Below are positions 21,421-34,560 of a DNA stretch of 64,000 bases, one piece after another; position 1 is the first letter of the stretch; every line of letters starts with the position of its first letter. Under the pieces are notes generated by a model. The model searched no databases and was not told where the DNA came from. It saw only the letters and a list, made by a program, of their open reading frames with translations. Made by a program: the position numbers and the translations under genes. The stretch covers positions 28,502,752 through 28,566,751 of the forward strand of contig NC_092394.1 in the NCBI RefSeq assembly GCF_030028105.1, written 5' to 3'. The DNA comes from Mobula birostris (lineage: Eukaryota).

Positions 21421-24400
21421 AGATGGCGCCGGCGTACTTTGGCGATACTCTGTGGGCTACAGAAAATTGTACCAGTTTTCCTCTTAAATATACTATTTTT
21501 GAACTACTTTCACTGCAATCTGCAGCAAGTAAATTTCCTCTTAACAACAGACTATGAAACTGCATCAATGATCTTCAGATCTCATGTTCAATGGTTAAAT
21601 GCGGAGCAGTTAAGCACAACTCCTTTAAGAGTCAACGCCGTGGCCAAAAATGCGGCAGGAGAGGTAGAATTTGAACCAGGTGGAAGTGCAGGGAGATGAG
21701 GCCTCCTCTACACACCAACTTGTTGGCAAACGTACAGACACTTGAAAATAAGATTGATCATCTCAGGGCAGGGTTGCTGAATTAGATGCAGATGAAGCAG
21801 ATCTCAATTGCTTTTTGAATTGTGACTTGGTTAACAGCAAACATGCCAGAAGCCCCAGAAGGTTTTACGGTTTTCAGAATGGATTGAACCTCAAATTCTG
21901 GTAAGGAAAAAGGCGGCGACATATGCTTTTTAGTCAATTTTTGTTGGTGCACGGACATTGGGATTATGTCAACTTCTTGTTCCCTTGACCTAGAACAAAT
22001 AATAGTTAAAAGTGGACTATTCTACTTGCCTCACAAGTTCTCATCTGTGATCCTGACCGCAGTTTACATAATTCCAGCAGCCGTTTATAAACAAGCACTG
22101 ACAAAACTGCACCGTGCTTTCTGTAAACAAGAAATGGCCCATCCTGACGCATTTCAAGTCATAGTCAGCAATTTTAAACATGCCTGTTTGAAGAAAACCC
22201 TACCCAATTATCACCAGCACATAACCTGTTGCACCAGAGGTCCTAATTTACTAGACCACTACTACACTACGATAAGGAATGCCTGTTGTTTCTTCGTATG
22301 ACCACATTTTGGCAAATTGGACCATTTGGCTATACTCCTACTACCTGCATACAAACAGAGCCTAAAGAGCAAGACTTCAGAGATCAAGACAACCAAGAGG
22401 TGGTTGCGGGAAGCTGAGGATTGCCTTGAGTCAGTGGTCTGAGCCATGTTCAAGATCTCATCTGAGGGCCTGAATGACTACACCAGGGTCATTACAGACT
22501 TCATTAAAACAGCTGTGAATGAGTGTGTCCCCATGAAATTGTTCAGGGTTTTCCCCAATCAGAAACGCTGAATGTACAATGAAATCTGGATCCTTCTGAG
22601 AGCCAGATGAGAGGTATTCAAGTCTGAAGATCAAAGACGCTACAAGAGGTGCAGGTATGATCTCCGGAAAGCAATCTCTTGGCCGAGGTGGAGATTCCGG
22701 ACCAGACTGGAATCAACAAGGGATGCTCAACAGCCGTGGCAGCATTTGAATGCCATAACCTCCTACAAAGCTAAACCTTGCGACATAGGGGACAGCAGAG
22801 CTTCACCTCCAGATGAGCTCAACGCCTTCTACGCTTGTTTTGAGCACCAGAACAGGAAGGAACCATCGCGCACCCCCTTGTTTCCCAATGATTCTTTGGC
22901 CTCAGTGTCCGAAGGTGACATGCAGGCTGCCCTCACGAGAGTGAATCCAAGGGAAGCATCTGGTCTGGACAGAGTACTTGGCCAAGTACTGAAGACCTGT
23001 GCTGATGAGCTGGCTGGTGTATTGAAGAGATCTTCAACCTCTTACTCCAGCAGTGTGTGGTACCCACCTGCTTCAAACAGGCTTCAATCATACCATTGCC
23101 CAAGAAGAGCATGATAACCTGTCTAAATGACTGTTGCTCAGTGGCACTTACATCCACAGTGATGAAGTGTTTTGAGAGGCTGGTGGTGAAGCACATCAGC
23201 TCCTGTCTGAGTGGCCACTTGGATCCACTCCAGTTCACCTACGGAAGCAAAAGATCCACAGCAGATGCTGTCTTGTTGGCTCTTCACACAGCCCTGGAAC
23301 ATCTGGACAGCAGAGATGCATACATCAGGATGCTCTTTATCGATTACAGCTCAGCATTTGACACCATCATCCTCTCATCCCCTCAAGACCTGGGCCTCAA
23401 TATCCCCTTGCATAACTGGATTCTAGATTTCCTCACTTGCAGACCTCAATCGGTTCAGATTTGCAAAAACGTCTCCTCCACAATCTCCAACCGCACAGGA
23501 GCACCACAGGGATGTGTGCTTAGCCCCCAGCTCTACTCACTTTACACCTATGTCTGTAGCTAAGTACAACTCCAACACCATATACAAGTTTGCTGATGAC
23601 ACTACTGTGGTGGGCTGTATCAAAGGAGGTGATGAATCAGTATACAGGAGGGAGTTGAAAACTTGGCTGAGTGGTGTAATAACAACAACCCCTCACTCAA
23701 TGTCAATAAGACCAAGGAACTGATTGTAGACTTAACGAGAGGGAAACCAGAGGTCCATGAGCCAGTAATCAGAGGTGGAGAGGGTCAGTAACTTTAAATT
23801 CCTGGGTGTCACTATCTCAGAAGACCTGCCCTGGACCCATCGTATAATTGCAAAAAAAAGCACAACAGTGTCTCTACATGTCAGGAGTCTGCAGAGATTT
23901 GGCATGTCATCAGAAACCTTGTCAAACTTCCATAGATATGTGGTGGAAAGTGTGACGACTGGCTGCATTACGTCTGGTATGGGCACGTCAATGCCTTTGA
24001 ATGGAAAATCCTACAAAAAGTAGTGGATTCAGCTCGGTACATCAAAGGTAAAACCCCCTCTACCATTGTGTACATCTACATGAAACATTGCCGTAGAAAA
24101 GCAGCATCCATCATCAAAAATCTTCACCATCCAGGCCATGCTCTTTTCTCGCTACTGCCATCAGGTAGAAGGTACAAGTGCCTCAGAACTTGCACCACCA
24201 GGTTCAAGAACAGTTACTACCCCTCAACCATTAGGCTCTTGAACAAAAGGGGATAACAACACTCACTTAAGAAACCTGTTATATTGTTATTTAATACTTT
24301 TTATTTATTTATTATCTACATATGCACACTTAATTTACAGTTTACAGTACCTGATGTTTACAGTTACTGATCTATAGATTTGCTAAGTATGCCTGCAGAA

Positions 24401-24470
24401 AAAGAATCTCAGGGTTGTATGTAGTGACATATATGTACTCTGATCATAAATTTTACTTTGAACTTTGAAC
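21421..24470 (+). mobile_element. Rex1/Babar LINE, approximately full length, decayed
   Basis: 5' aagatggcg. APE remnants (LANVQTLENKID, GPNLLDH). RT motifs VALTSTVMKCFERLV, LDPLQF, RMLFIDYSSAFDTI, TGAPQGCVLSP, KFADD, FKFLGV, LLPSGRRY. (actttga)n tail. Confidence 0.95.
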
Positions 24471-24659
24471 GAAGCAGAGTGTGTATGGAAATCAACAGGA
24501 TGAGCAAAATCTGCTGCATAATGTATGCTATGTCATTTGAATCCAGGGACATCCTAATAAAGGCAGTAACTTTCTGTAGGCCAGCAGTAATCCCTATATT
24601 TCACCTTTCCCAAACTACAGATTTAGCAATATGTAGATTAAAATAAGGATATAAGAGAT

Positions 24660-24978
24660 AAAGATAAGGATTAGCTTTATTTTTCACATGTACGTCCAAA
24701 AATACAGCAAAATGCATTGTTTGTTTCAAAACTAGTCAGCAAGGTTTATGTTGGCAGCCCACAAGTGTCACCGTGCTTCACACACCAACAAAGCATGCCC
24801 GCAGCTTACTAACCCTAACTGTATGTCTTTGGAATTTGGGAGGAAATCGGAGCACCCAGAGGAAACTCATGCTGTCACAGGAAAAGCTCTTACTGACAGT
24901 GGCGGGAATTGAACACTGATCTTATAGCTGGCAGTGTAATAGCAAGCGTTACACTAACAACTACTCTTCTGTGCCACC
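24660..24978 (-). mobile_element. tRNA-derived SINE
   Basis: 'gtctttggaatttgggaggaaatcggagcacccagaggaaac', B-box complement gggaattgaac, tail aagataag. Confidence 0.8.
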
Positions 24979-24989
24979 CTACCAGGTAA

Positions 24990-25600
24990 GAGCAGGGATA
25001 AGCCTTGTACCCTTCCAAACTGCTCTGCCATTAAATAAGTTATATTTGATCTTGGCCTCAGGTCTACCTTCCTGCTTGTCCCTTATAATCATTGCCTCTC
25101 CTATAGACCCATAGTCTATCTCAGTCCTAAGTATGTTCATCGAAGGGAATTCTGAAGACTCTTGGCAAACTGATGAAAGAAATCCCTCCTGAATCAATCA
25201 TCTCTTGTTTCCCTCCCCCTCCCCAAATCAAGGGGAAATATCTTCTGAACAAATACAGTACCATGACAAGGCACCTCAAAATGTTATAAATTTCTCACTC
25301 CTCCAATTTCCAATGATTATAGGGAGATGTTCAATCTCTCCTCAGAAGATAACCCTTTCCTTCCTAGGAATCTACCCAGTTTATCAGAACGTCCACCATT
25401 GAAGGTAGTTAAGAGTCATAAATTGTGTGCAGTAAACCAGGAATGATTTCGCTAACGCCTCTACAGTTGTTGTAAGATTAGTTTTCTATTGTACACCATC
25501 ACCTTTGCTATAAATGCTGACATCACATTTCCCTTTCTAATTATTACCATAAGGCCATATATAATATGTTTATGAAAGACAAAATCCTTTGAAAGAGCTT
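24990..25600 (-). mobile_element. Old CR1 3' remnant
   Basis: Faint complement of a CR1 3' end (tctatctcagtc, gaagaaatccctcctgaatc). Confidence 0.45.
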
Positions 25601-26523
25601 CAAGTTGTTACTGAAGCACTCCCAGATCCTTGAATACAATAGCTTCAAAGTCGAACCGAGCTATCGTGCAAAGCGCTATACTTGGAAACTGTGGTGTTGA
25701 TCATTTATTGAATATCAAACTGAATTGTCTGCCATTTTGCTGCTTGCGTAGTTAATTGTCCAGCATTCCTATCATTTAGTTAAGATCATCTAAAAATGAA
25801 CAGAGACTGCAGGCTGTTTTAAAGCTAGATAAAAGCCGCAGCCTCTGAAACAACTGTGTCAGCCGTTTTATGTCTTCATCTGACTAGTGCGTAAATGATG
25901 ACTAAGTTGAATACAACCTATGGTACATTCCTTTCTAAAGACTGGTTACTAAATTAATACTGGATTGAAATATATAATGGTCATCTGAAATGTCAGGCAG
26001 AGAAGGAAGACCACTCCCCCCTCCCCCCCACAAATCTTTTAAATAATGCTTTCTTCCTAAAATATACCTTATGTAATGTTATGTTATTGTGTAATTAAGA
26101 TATTACACAAGCCTTTAGCCTTTATTTTGCATATGAGCTTATTACACAATTTGCCATCTGTGGCACATACAGGGAAATCATTTTATAACTTGGATTGTAA
26201 AAAAAAAACCAACTTATTGTTTTTGTGTCAGAGTTGATGCAAATATTTGAGCGGCTGCCATTTATTTAACACTTTTATGACTACAGTTGTGAAAAGGTAT
26301 TGACTCTTCAGTAAAATTCAAATGATTCAGATTTGTTTTGTCAGATTTTGTATTTATGTATTTGGTTTATTTCAGTAAATGTCTGTGCTTTAACATGTAT
26401 GAAGGAGAGAGCTCCAAACTACAATTGAGTAATGGAACCCATTTATAAACCGTATCATTAAAGGTTATTTTTCTATGCATGCCAGAGACATTTATTAACC
26501 CCTCAGAAATCATATCTTGGAGA

Positions 26524-26536
26524 TGACCTTTGACCT
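26524..26536 (-). promoter_or_regulatory. Perfect DR1 nuclear-receptor element AGGTCA-A-AGGTCA
   Basis: tgacctttgacct on +, in non-repetitive DNA. Motif match only. Confidence 0.45.
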
Positions 26537-28699
26537 GCAATCCTGACAGTGTGCAACAACGTTCTCTGTGCACATCACTCTCACTCATCTGTGTATGAAC
26601 TTCCTCCCACTCCTTGAGATACTGCCACTTCCAACACTGGATGTACATAATTAACACCTCTGTATTCTCATCTCAGCCGTTTTCTCTCACTTTCTATTCA
26701 CTACCACAGCTACCACCTCGTCACCCAGGACAGGAATTATTTTCCCCACTCTGCTGCTTGGTTTCCATATCTGGAAAACAAGCATGGCTGCATGAAAAGG
26801 TGGTAGTAAACTGACTTGTATTTAAAATACTCAATCAGTACAGTTTTGTCAGAATCCAGCGTATTGACCTGTAATAATGAACGAACACCAATAGTTAAAA
26901 TTGAGTGAATTTGGCTTCTGCAGTTCATGAAATCCCAAACATCTCAGTTCAAAGGTGGTGAGTTTGCAAGATGCTGTTGAAAAAGCTTGGATGATTTGGT
27001 GCCGTGCATTTCCTAGTTGTTACAGTGATGTGTTTGGTGCTAGTGGGTGCCAAGTTTAAACTGGAGGATTGGGTGTGAATTAAGTGGGCTGCTATCTGTA
27101 TAGAATTGAGCTTTTTCAGTACTTTTGAAGCTGGTCCTAAGCAGCCAAGTGGAAGTATTCCATCAGATCTCTCCCTTGCTGAAGATATGTAGGGAGCAGT
27201 TCAAAGGAACATCTGTATCAATGTCTTGGGGGCTAAGATGATGAACCTCCAGCAACCTCAACCACCTCAACTTGTTTGAGTGTCTCATTCTGAGCTTTCC
27301 CCTTGATATCCAATGGCTCCAGTTTGACATACATTCTGTAGTGTTTACTCCAAATGAATTTGTACAATTTTTTGTGGACAGTATATATCAGAGAAATGTT
27401 CCACATATCTAGATGCACTTCAGTATTACTGGAATAGCTTAACTAGAGGTATGATCTGTTGGCACACTAAGAAAACGGAAAATTGGAGGACTTTACATCC
27501 ATTGAAAGGAAAGGTAATTGTTATATTTGGAGCACATTTGTGGAAGAATCTACAGTAGGCTATATTGGCCTGTTCAGAACCCACAAACACAGAGTGGAAA
27601 CAGGTCATCCTCAAAGCTGATGGATTACCTAAGAAGAAAGAGCCTGGAGCATAAATTTTCAGTATTACAGCCATATGGTCCTATATCCAGCTGTTTCATG
27701 ATATTATGTGAATATAATGAATCAAACTGGGAGAAAACTGGATTTTTCCATTGTAAGGGCCTTATGGGAATGCGATGAGGTGGATTGTGGATCATCTACT
27801 CTACAATTCCGGCTAAAGATGGCTGCAAGCACTGCACTCATGTTTAATAGGATTATCATATAACTGGAAAATAGAAGATCAAACACATTGTAACAAATCT
27901 TGGGTCTGCACATGAATATGAATTTGATATTTGTGGTTCACTTGCTCTGTGGAAAATGTTGCATTTTGTTCTTCGTTACTTCTTCCCCTCAAATAGTCGC
28001 CAATTTCAAAACTATTCTGCGCAAATTAACTTATTTTGCTGCATTTTACACTTTTTCATTATCTTTGTAATGGAAACCTCTGAAGAAAAGCCAAACTCTC
28101 AGTAAAAGTAACAACGAAATCCATGTAGAGGGATAAAATAGGGAAGCACAGATGACTGCAATACCACAGTAATGGAAAATTCCTTTCAGAAGCATTACAA
28201 AGAAAGAGAAGAACCCTGACAGAATTCCATCACCGGCAAAAAGGCTCAACAAGCTGCAGGCTGATTGACTAAGAATTGTTGCATAATGCTATATTGGTAA
28301 TTAACATATGAGTAATTGAGCTTGGCTAACTAGAAAGAAATGTTTAGTACCTCTCAGAGTCCATCCTATATCAGACTTTTATTTCACTGCTTTTAAATGT
28401 TTTATTTTAGAATCATACTTCTTTGGGTGGCTGCCATTGTGAACTGAACTAGTAATCATGAACTAAAGGCGTGGAGAATTGAATTCAAATCCCATCATGG
28501 AGATTGTTGAATTTAAATTTAGCTAAATATAATAATTTTTATATTTGCATATTTATATATTCTAAAAAGCTATTGTCAGTATTGGTATTGATGAAACCAC
28601 AGGAAGTATGTAAAAGCTTACCTGTTTTACTATTGTCATTTATAGAAGACCCTCTCCTGCTATTACTTGGTTTGGCCTGAGTGTATTTCTAAATGGATG

Positions 28700-29170
28700 T
28701 GGCATGGTGGCTGCGAGCCCACAGCTCCAGGAACCCAAGTTTAATTCTGATCTTGGGTGTTATCTGTCATGCTCCCCACGACAGCATAGCTTTCCCCCAG
28801 TTCCCCCAGGTGCTCCGGTTTCCATTCACATCACAACAATGTGCTGAGGTTAAAAGTTTAGGGATAACATGAGGGGGAACTTCTTTACTCAGAGAGTGGT
28901 AGCTGTGTGGAATGAGTTTCCAGCAGAAGTGGTTGAGGCAGGTTCTATGTTGTCATTTAAAGTTGAATTGGATAGATATATGGACAGGAAAGGAATGGAG
29001 GGTTATGGGCCGAGTGCAGGTCGGTGGGAATAGGATAGGGTAAGAGTTCGGCACGGACTAGAAGGGCCGAGATGGCCTGTTTCCGTGCTGTAATTGTTAT
29101 ATGGTTATGTGGTTAACTGGCAACAGCAAATTACCTCTCTGTAAACATATCAAAGAGGAACTGATGGGCA
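28700..29170 (+). mobile_element. SINE interrupted by a young CR1 3' end (28848-29114)
   Basis: SINE head and core (cagctccaggaacccaagttta, gtgctccggtttcc). The insert is nearly identical to 21010-21268. Confidence 0.8.
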
Positions 29171-29202
29171 AGCCCAAAGCAATGTAGTCGATTGCATACT
29201 GG

Positions 29203-29323
29203 CTGCTGATTGGCTGGCAAACTACTCAGTCATATCAAATTGATTACAATTACGTACAAGAAGAGTTTATATGGATAGGCCCTATGATATTGGCCAGGAG
29301 GCCAGCTTCTGGACCAACAAAGA
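29203..29323 (+). repeat. 121-bp dispersed copy of 30654-30774
   Basis: Manual alignment gives 118/121 identical positions. Confidence 0.95.
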
Positions 29324-30029
29324 TACTCTTAGTCCTGTCAATTGAACCAAAACCTGTCAGGCAATTCTGGGGATAGGTTTATACTGGAGATCCATCCAAC
29401 AGACCACTTAAATTATTACAGAATCATGCCTTTCAACCAGTGTCTGAAATCCAGGGAGTGTCTTCTCTTACCATAGGACAGAATCAATAAAAGCTGTAAT
29501 GCAGCCATTTTGCACTAAGAAAAAGTGACCTTGGATCTTCTTAACATTGACTTTAGACACCGTGAAGATTAAATGGGATATATTTAGAATAGAACTACCA
29601 GCCCTAACCTAAGCTGTGGAGCATCAACCACTGTATCTACTGTAACTACTGTGTAGAGTAGAACTGTATCTACACTGACCTATTAACTCGCGATAAGGAA
29701 TTCCCATCAGTTTCCCATTACTGTGAGTGAGTCAAGCTATGCCTCCTTCCAACAAACAACTCTGTAGTCACTGTTGATAAGACATGCCTCAGAATGTCTG
29801 AACAGGTCAGAGGCTGGGTTTTCTGTAATGAGTGAATCAGCTTTTCTGCCCCTAGAACCATTCTACATTTTAAGGGCACATTTTAGGAGTACTGTCCACT
29901 TGCCTGCATAAATGCAGCTTCAGAAGAATACGTGACCCATTTAATTCGCTCCTGAAACACTACCCTGAAATTAATAACCTCTACTGCCAGTGCACCAAGG
30001 TTTTGTCTGCACCATTCCACAACATACAA

Positions 30030-31790
30030 CTAGTGTATAGCATCCTGAAAGTGATAACATGTGGATAGGGTGGTAAAGAAGGCTTCCTGCATGTTTGCCT
30101 TCATCAATTGGGATTTCTGAGTATAGTTATATTGTAGTTCCATAAAGATCTAACTAAATTACCCTTGGAGTATTGTGTGCAATTCTGGTTGCCATGCCAT
30201 CAGGAAAGATATAGAGACTATGAATAAGGTGCAGAAGAGGTTTATCAAGATGTTGCCTAGATTGGAATGTATTAACTGCAAGGATAAATTAGACAAATTT
30301 GAATAGTTTTCACTAGCTTGTCAGAGGCTGAGTGGCAACTGGATAGAAATGTATAAAGCTATGAGGGAGTAGAGATAAGGTAGATGCTCACAGTCTTTTT
30401 CCCAAGGTGAAGAGGTCAAATTCTATGATGGTATTGGGTTTGCTTACCGCAATGTTCTAAACTCTAACGAAGACCTTAAGCTCTATCAACATAAATGGCC
30501 ATGAGTACTCACACTAAAGAGAGATTATACTGTAACCATCTAATCTTAAAAGACATTTATTATCAGTGATATATGTTTAAATCCAAACATTCTTAAAACA
30601 CATTAAAAACTCAGAGGTTTCTGGCTTAAACAGTTTCAAATCACAAACCATTTCTGCTGATTGGCTGGCAAACTACTCAGTCATATCAAATTGATTACAA
30701 TTACATACAAGAAGAGTTTATATGGATAGGCCCTATGATATTGGCCAAGAGACCAGCTTCTGGACCAACAAAGAATTAAGGATTTCCAAAATGCAGGTAC
30801 AATTCCTATAAACTAAACAGACATGCCGGGATGCAGACGAACAAGTATTCTGTTGCAGAAAACAAAGTTGGAGGAATGAATTCTAGTTCACCCTGTTTTT
30901 CTTTCATGTTTCTTCTTAATGATCCTTATCCCATTGCTAATAAGCCTGAACTGTTGTTTACATTTATCCCCTTTTTCTACCACTTGGATGACTTCACACA
31001 CATCTGGTATTTCCTTAGATGCCTTTCAATAGAAACGGTCTAAAAGCATCTTTTGGAGACATAGTTCTCAACTAATGCTGTAAATGCTGTGAAGCTAACT
31101 TCCACTACAAATGCATCAGTTATTGATATGCTAAATGATATTATCCTTTTGCTCTGCAAGATTCCTTGAACTTAGCAGCTTAAGAGTCAGCTTGTCTATT
31201 TGAAACAATCCAACTTAAACAACCCATTGTCTTTTACTGCATCATCCAGCAGCAATAAAACAGGTGCAGTGACTCTTTACAGACAGAGCAACTTCAAAGC
31301 TGCTCTATAGATAATACATTTTTTTTACTTCAAACTAACTACTGCTTGTCATTTGCATTTCAAGAACTGAAGACTAACTTCCATTTACAACCAGAAAATA
31401 ATCAAAGTGGAAGTTTACTTATATCTGTTTGCCTTACAAGTAGGAAATGGTGTGTTTGGAAAGCAAGCTTAGCAAAAGTGATACTTCCTGTCCCAGGACA
31501 GTGAATATCCATTACAATATGGAAGGGCATACATTTAAGATAAGATGTAGAGAACTTATATGAGATGTACAAGGCAAGTTTTCTTTACATTGAGAGTGGT
31601 AGGTATCTTGCAGACCCTGGTATAGAGATTGTAGAAGCAGATAAGATGGTGACATTTAAGAGGTATTTAGATAGACATATGAACAAGCACAGAATAGAGG
31701 ATATGGACCACTTGTGGGCAGATGGGATTACTTTTGATTAATTTCATGGTCGGAGCACACAAGTAGAGTGATTAGCATGATTCTGTGCTG
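30030..31790 (+). mobile_element. Old CR1 3' region (30030-30423 plus ~31520-31790) split by an LTR-like insertion
   Basis: gtggatagggtggtaaagaaggc, ttggagtattgtgtgcaattctgg. Resumes at gaagggcatac and acatttaagagg. Confidence 0.75.
30424..31516 (-). mobile_element. LTR-derived insertion (solo LTR, or LTR plus internal remnant)
   Basis: Imperfect inverted termini tatgatgg / ccattaca. Minus-strand CCAAT, TATA (~30717) and AATAAA (~30556). A PPT-like tract next to TG at 30962-30978 offers an alternative LTR boundary. Confidence 0.5.
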
Positions 31791-32499
31791 TTCTTTTTTC
31801 TAGTCTACATGAACAATAACTCAAGCCCCCAATGTTTCCAATGAAAAATGTAAGAGCAACAGTTATTACCTGCAAATTTTACCTACATACTATCTCTACC
31901 TGGAAACGTATTATGGTTCCTCCATCATCTGTCACCACCGGAATGTTCAAACATCTTGCATTGCAACATTAGAAGTACCTTATCAGAAAGATTATAGTAG
32001 ATCAAGTGGCTCAACTCCACTTTCTCAAGTACAGTTGGAGATGGGCAAAAAATGCTGTCTTGCCAGCAGTAGGCAAACACCGTGAGAGAATTAATATCAA
32101 TGTATTCTTGATTTGTACTGTTACCTGCACAATTCCCATGGGCCACTCTTAATTTATACAGCCCTGCAGGTCCAGTTTTACAGGGAGCCTACTGCCAATA
32201 CCATCTCGTGAAACACAACGGGCTACAAACGAGAATTAGGGCTCCAGCAAGTGGTAACTTAGACTGTCCCCAGGCTGGTCCTTTGGCCCTTTGACACCTC
32301 ACTATTGGCAAAGGCCTTTGAGTTACTTTAATTGTAATTGATGATAAGAGACATTTAACAGCAGATCAAAATAATTATAGCAAAATTTTAAGTAATGAAA
32401 ATTAACTATAGGAAGTTGAGCGACAGAAATAAATTAAGAGTATTTAAGATTAAGTAAAAAGGAAAAAACATATACAGAATTCCCTGTTAAACTCATTAG

Positions 32500-33300
32500 G
32501 CAGCGTGGTGATACAGCAGTTAGTATTACTGTCTCACTCAGGTTAACTCTGAACTCACATGCCGTATGTGCAGTTTATGTGTAATTTCTCTAACCTTGCG
32601 GAGGTGCTCTGCTTTTCTCCCACACTGATACAATCACAAAGAGGGCACATCACTAGCTCTACTTCATTAGGAGTTTGAAGCAATGTGATACATTACCAAA
32701 GACTCTTGCAAATTTCTGTAGATGTGCAATGGAGAGCTTTGTGACTGGTTGGGTCAAAGCCTGGCAGGGAGGCACCAGTGGACGGGATCTCAAGGGGCTG
32801 CAGATGGTTGTAAACCCAGCCAGCTCCATTACAGGCACAAACATCCCTACCAAAGAGGGCATCTACAAGAGGCACAGCCTCAAGAAGGTGGCGTGCATCA
32901 TGAAGGACCTTCACCATCTGGGATAGGCTCTCTTCTCATTTTTACCGTCAGGAAGAAGGTAATGAAGCCTGGTCTGCACTCAGTGATCCAGAAACAGCTT
33001 CTTTCCTGCTTCTGTCAGATTTCTAAATAGTCTATGACTACTAGTTAATTATTCCCTTGTTGTGCTATTTATTGAGTAATTTATAGTAATTTTATGGCTT
33101 TGCATTGTACTGCTGCCACGAAACAAAGAAATTCATGTCATATAAGAGTGAAAATCCAATCATTGGTGTAGGTGTATTAGCCACTGTAAATTTTGGCAAA
33201 AGGAATTAATGGAGAATTATGGAGCAAATGTGGGAGAAAAGAAATTGCAGAAATGCAGGACAATAAGAAGAATAGAGCTAAGTACAATGCTGCCCTGGGA
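32500..33300 (+). mobile_element. Old SINE split by a Rex1/Babar 3' fragment (~32625-33150)
   Basis: KTLANFCRCAMES..TG, LQMVVNPASSITGT, KKVACIMKDLHH. SINE motifs on both sides. Confidence 0.7.
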
Positions 33301-34342
33301 GCTGGCAAAGAAATTATTGTCTGAGTACTTTCCAGCTCTGTCATTATCAGCATAGTAAAAGTGAATGAGCCAACACAGCATAAAATACATCCCTGGTTTA
33401 AACCTCGGAACTTGACGCTGAGAGCAGTATCCGTGTGGTAAGTCAAATGCATTTGCACCTGACTTTGAGCTCATTTCTGTCTCCTGTGTTGCAATGTGCA
33501 AGTGCTGGAGTTGACCTATATTCTGCTGTTTGCCATTGAGTGATTCTCTACAGAGCTGCTTACTAAAAACAGTATATTCCCAACCCATGGGTTCCCCATT
33601 AATGGTAGGGGTCCACTGCACGAAAGAAGATTGGGAATCCCTGTTCTAGCCCAACATATAAAATGATACTCTGATTTTGTGCAGTACATATCTAAAAATA
33701 CGGCTACTGCGTTAAGAAGCAAGCTATTTCAGTAGGAATGTTTTATAAAAGCAAAAGTATTTAGTGCAGCTGCTGGGACAGAAATAAAAACGGCAAATAC
33801 AAGAAACACGCAATAGGTCAGACAGCATCTGTTGGGAGAAAGAATAACAGATGTTTCAAGTCAATGACACTTTCATTAGAGATCTACTTACTTTGGGCTG
33901 AAATCCTAGTTATGATGATTAGCAGCTGGCAAGCTTCTTGTTAGGCGCTGCTGAAGGAGCAGCAATCGTGCTTTGTGCAGAGTTCATGAACTAGGCTTGA
34001 AAAAAATTGCTTATATACTCAGGATCCAAAAGGTCCAATCAGCTCACTGTCAGAAAGTCAGTGCTGGAACATGTAGAACGCCATCAATTGAAAAAAGCCT
34101 GAGGTGAGGAAGGAGAGCAGTCTGTGAATATAGCAAGCGTTGCAGCTGACACCCTACAAGTCCAGTAACCATGACAACAAACGTTGCCTTGTTCTTTCTC
34201 TAGTTATATAAATTTACAGCTAATTTTACCTGTGAAATTCAAATACCTTGCTCTATGGCATGACATTTTAAAAAAAAATTCTCTGGTTGCTTGCAAACTT
34301 TTTGGGGTGGTATGTTTTTAATAAAAATTGGCTTTGGATTTT

Positions 34343-34560
34343 TTTTATTTAGAGATACAGCACAGTAACAGGCCCTTCTAGCTCAACTAGGCCACGCCCC
34401 CCCAATTACACCCATGTGATCAATTAACCCCCTAACGCATATGTCTTTGGAATGTGGGAGGGAACTCACGTGGTCATGGGGAGGATGTACAAACTCCTTA
34501 CTGACAGTGGTGGGAAATGAACCGAGATCACTGGTGCTGTAATAGAGTTGCACCACCAAA
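34343..34560 (-). mobile_element. tRNA-derived SINE
   Basis: 'aacaggcccttc', 'caattaacc', 'gtctttggaatgtgggagg', 'gtacaaactccttac'. Confidence 0.8.

Noticed and set aside
28046-28252. Hydrophobic 68-aa ORF resembling a membrane peptide
   Set aside because: Non-ATG start and a T-rich strand artefact. No family motif.
33336-33437. Plus-strand 102-nt exon candidate (tttccag|...GTG|gtaagt) with one open frame SVIISIVKVNEPTQHKIHPWF...
   Set aside because: No recognisable protein similarity. Such signals occur by chance at this scale, and no compatible neighbouring exons were found.
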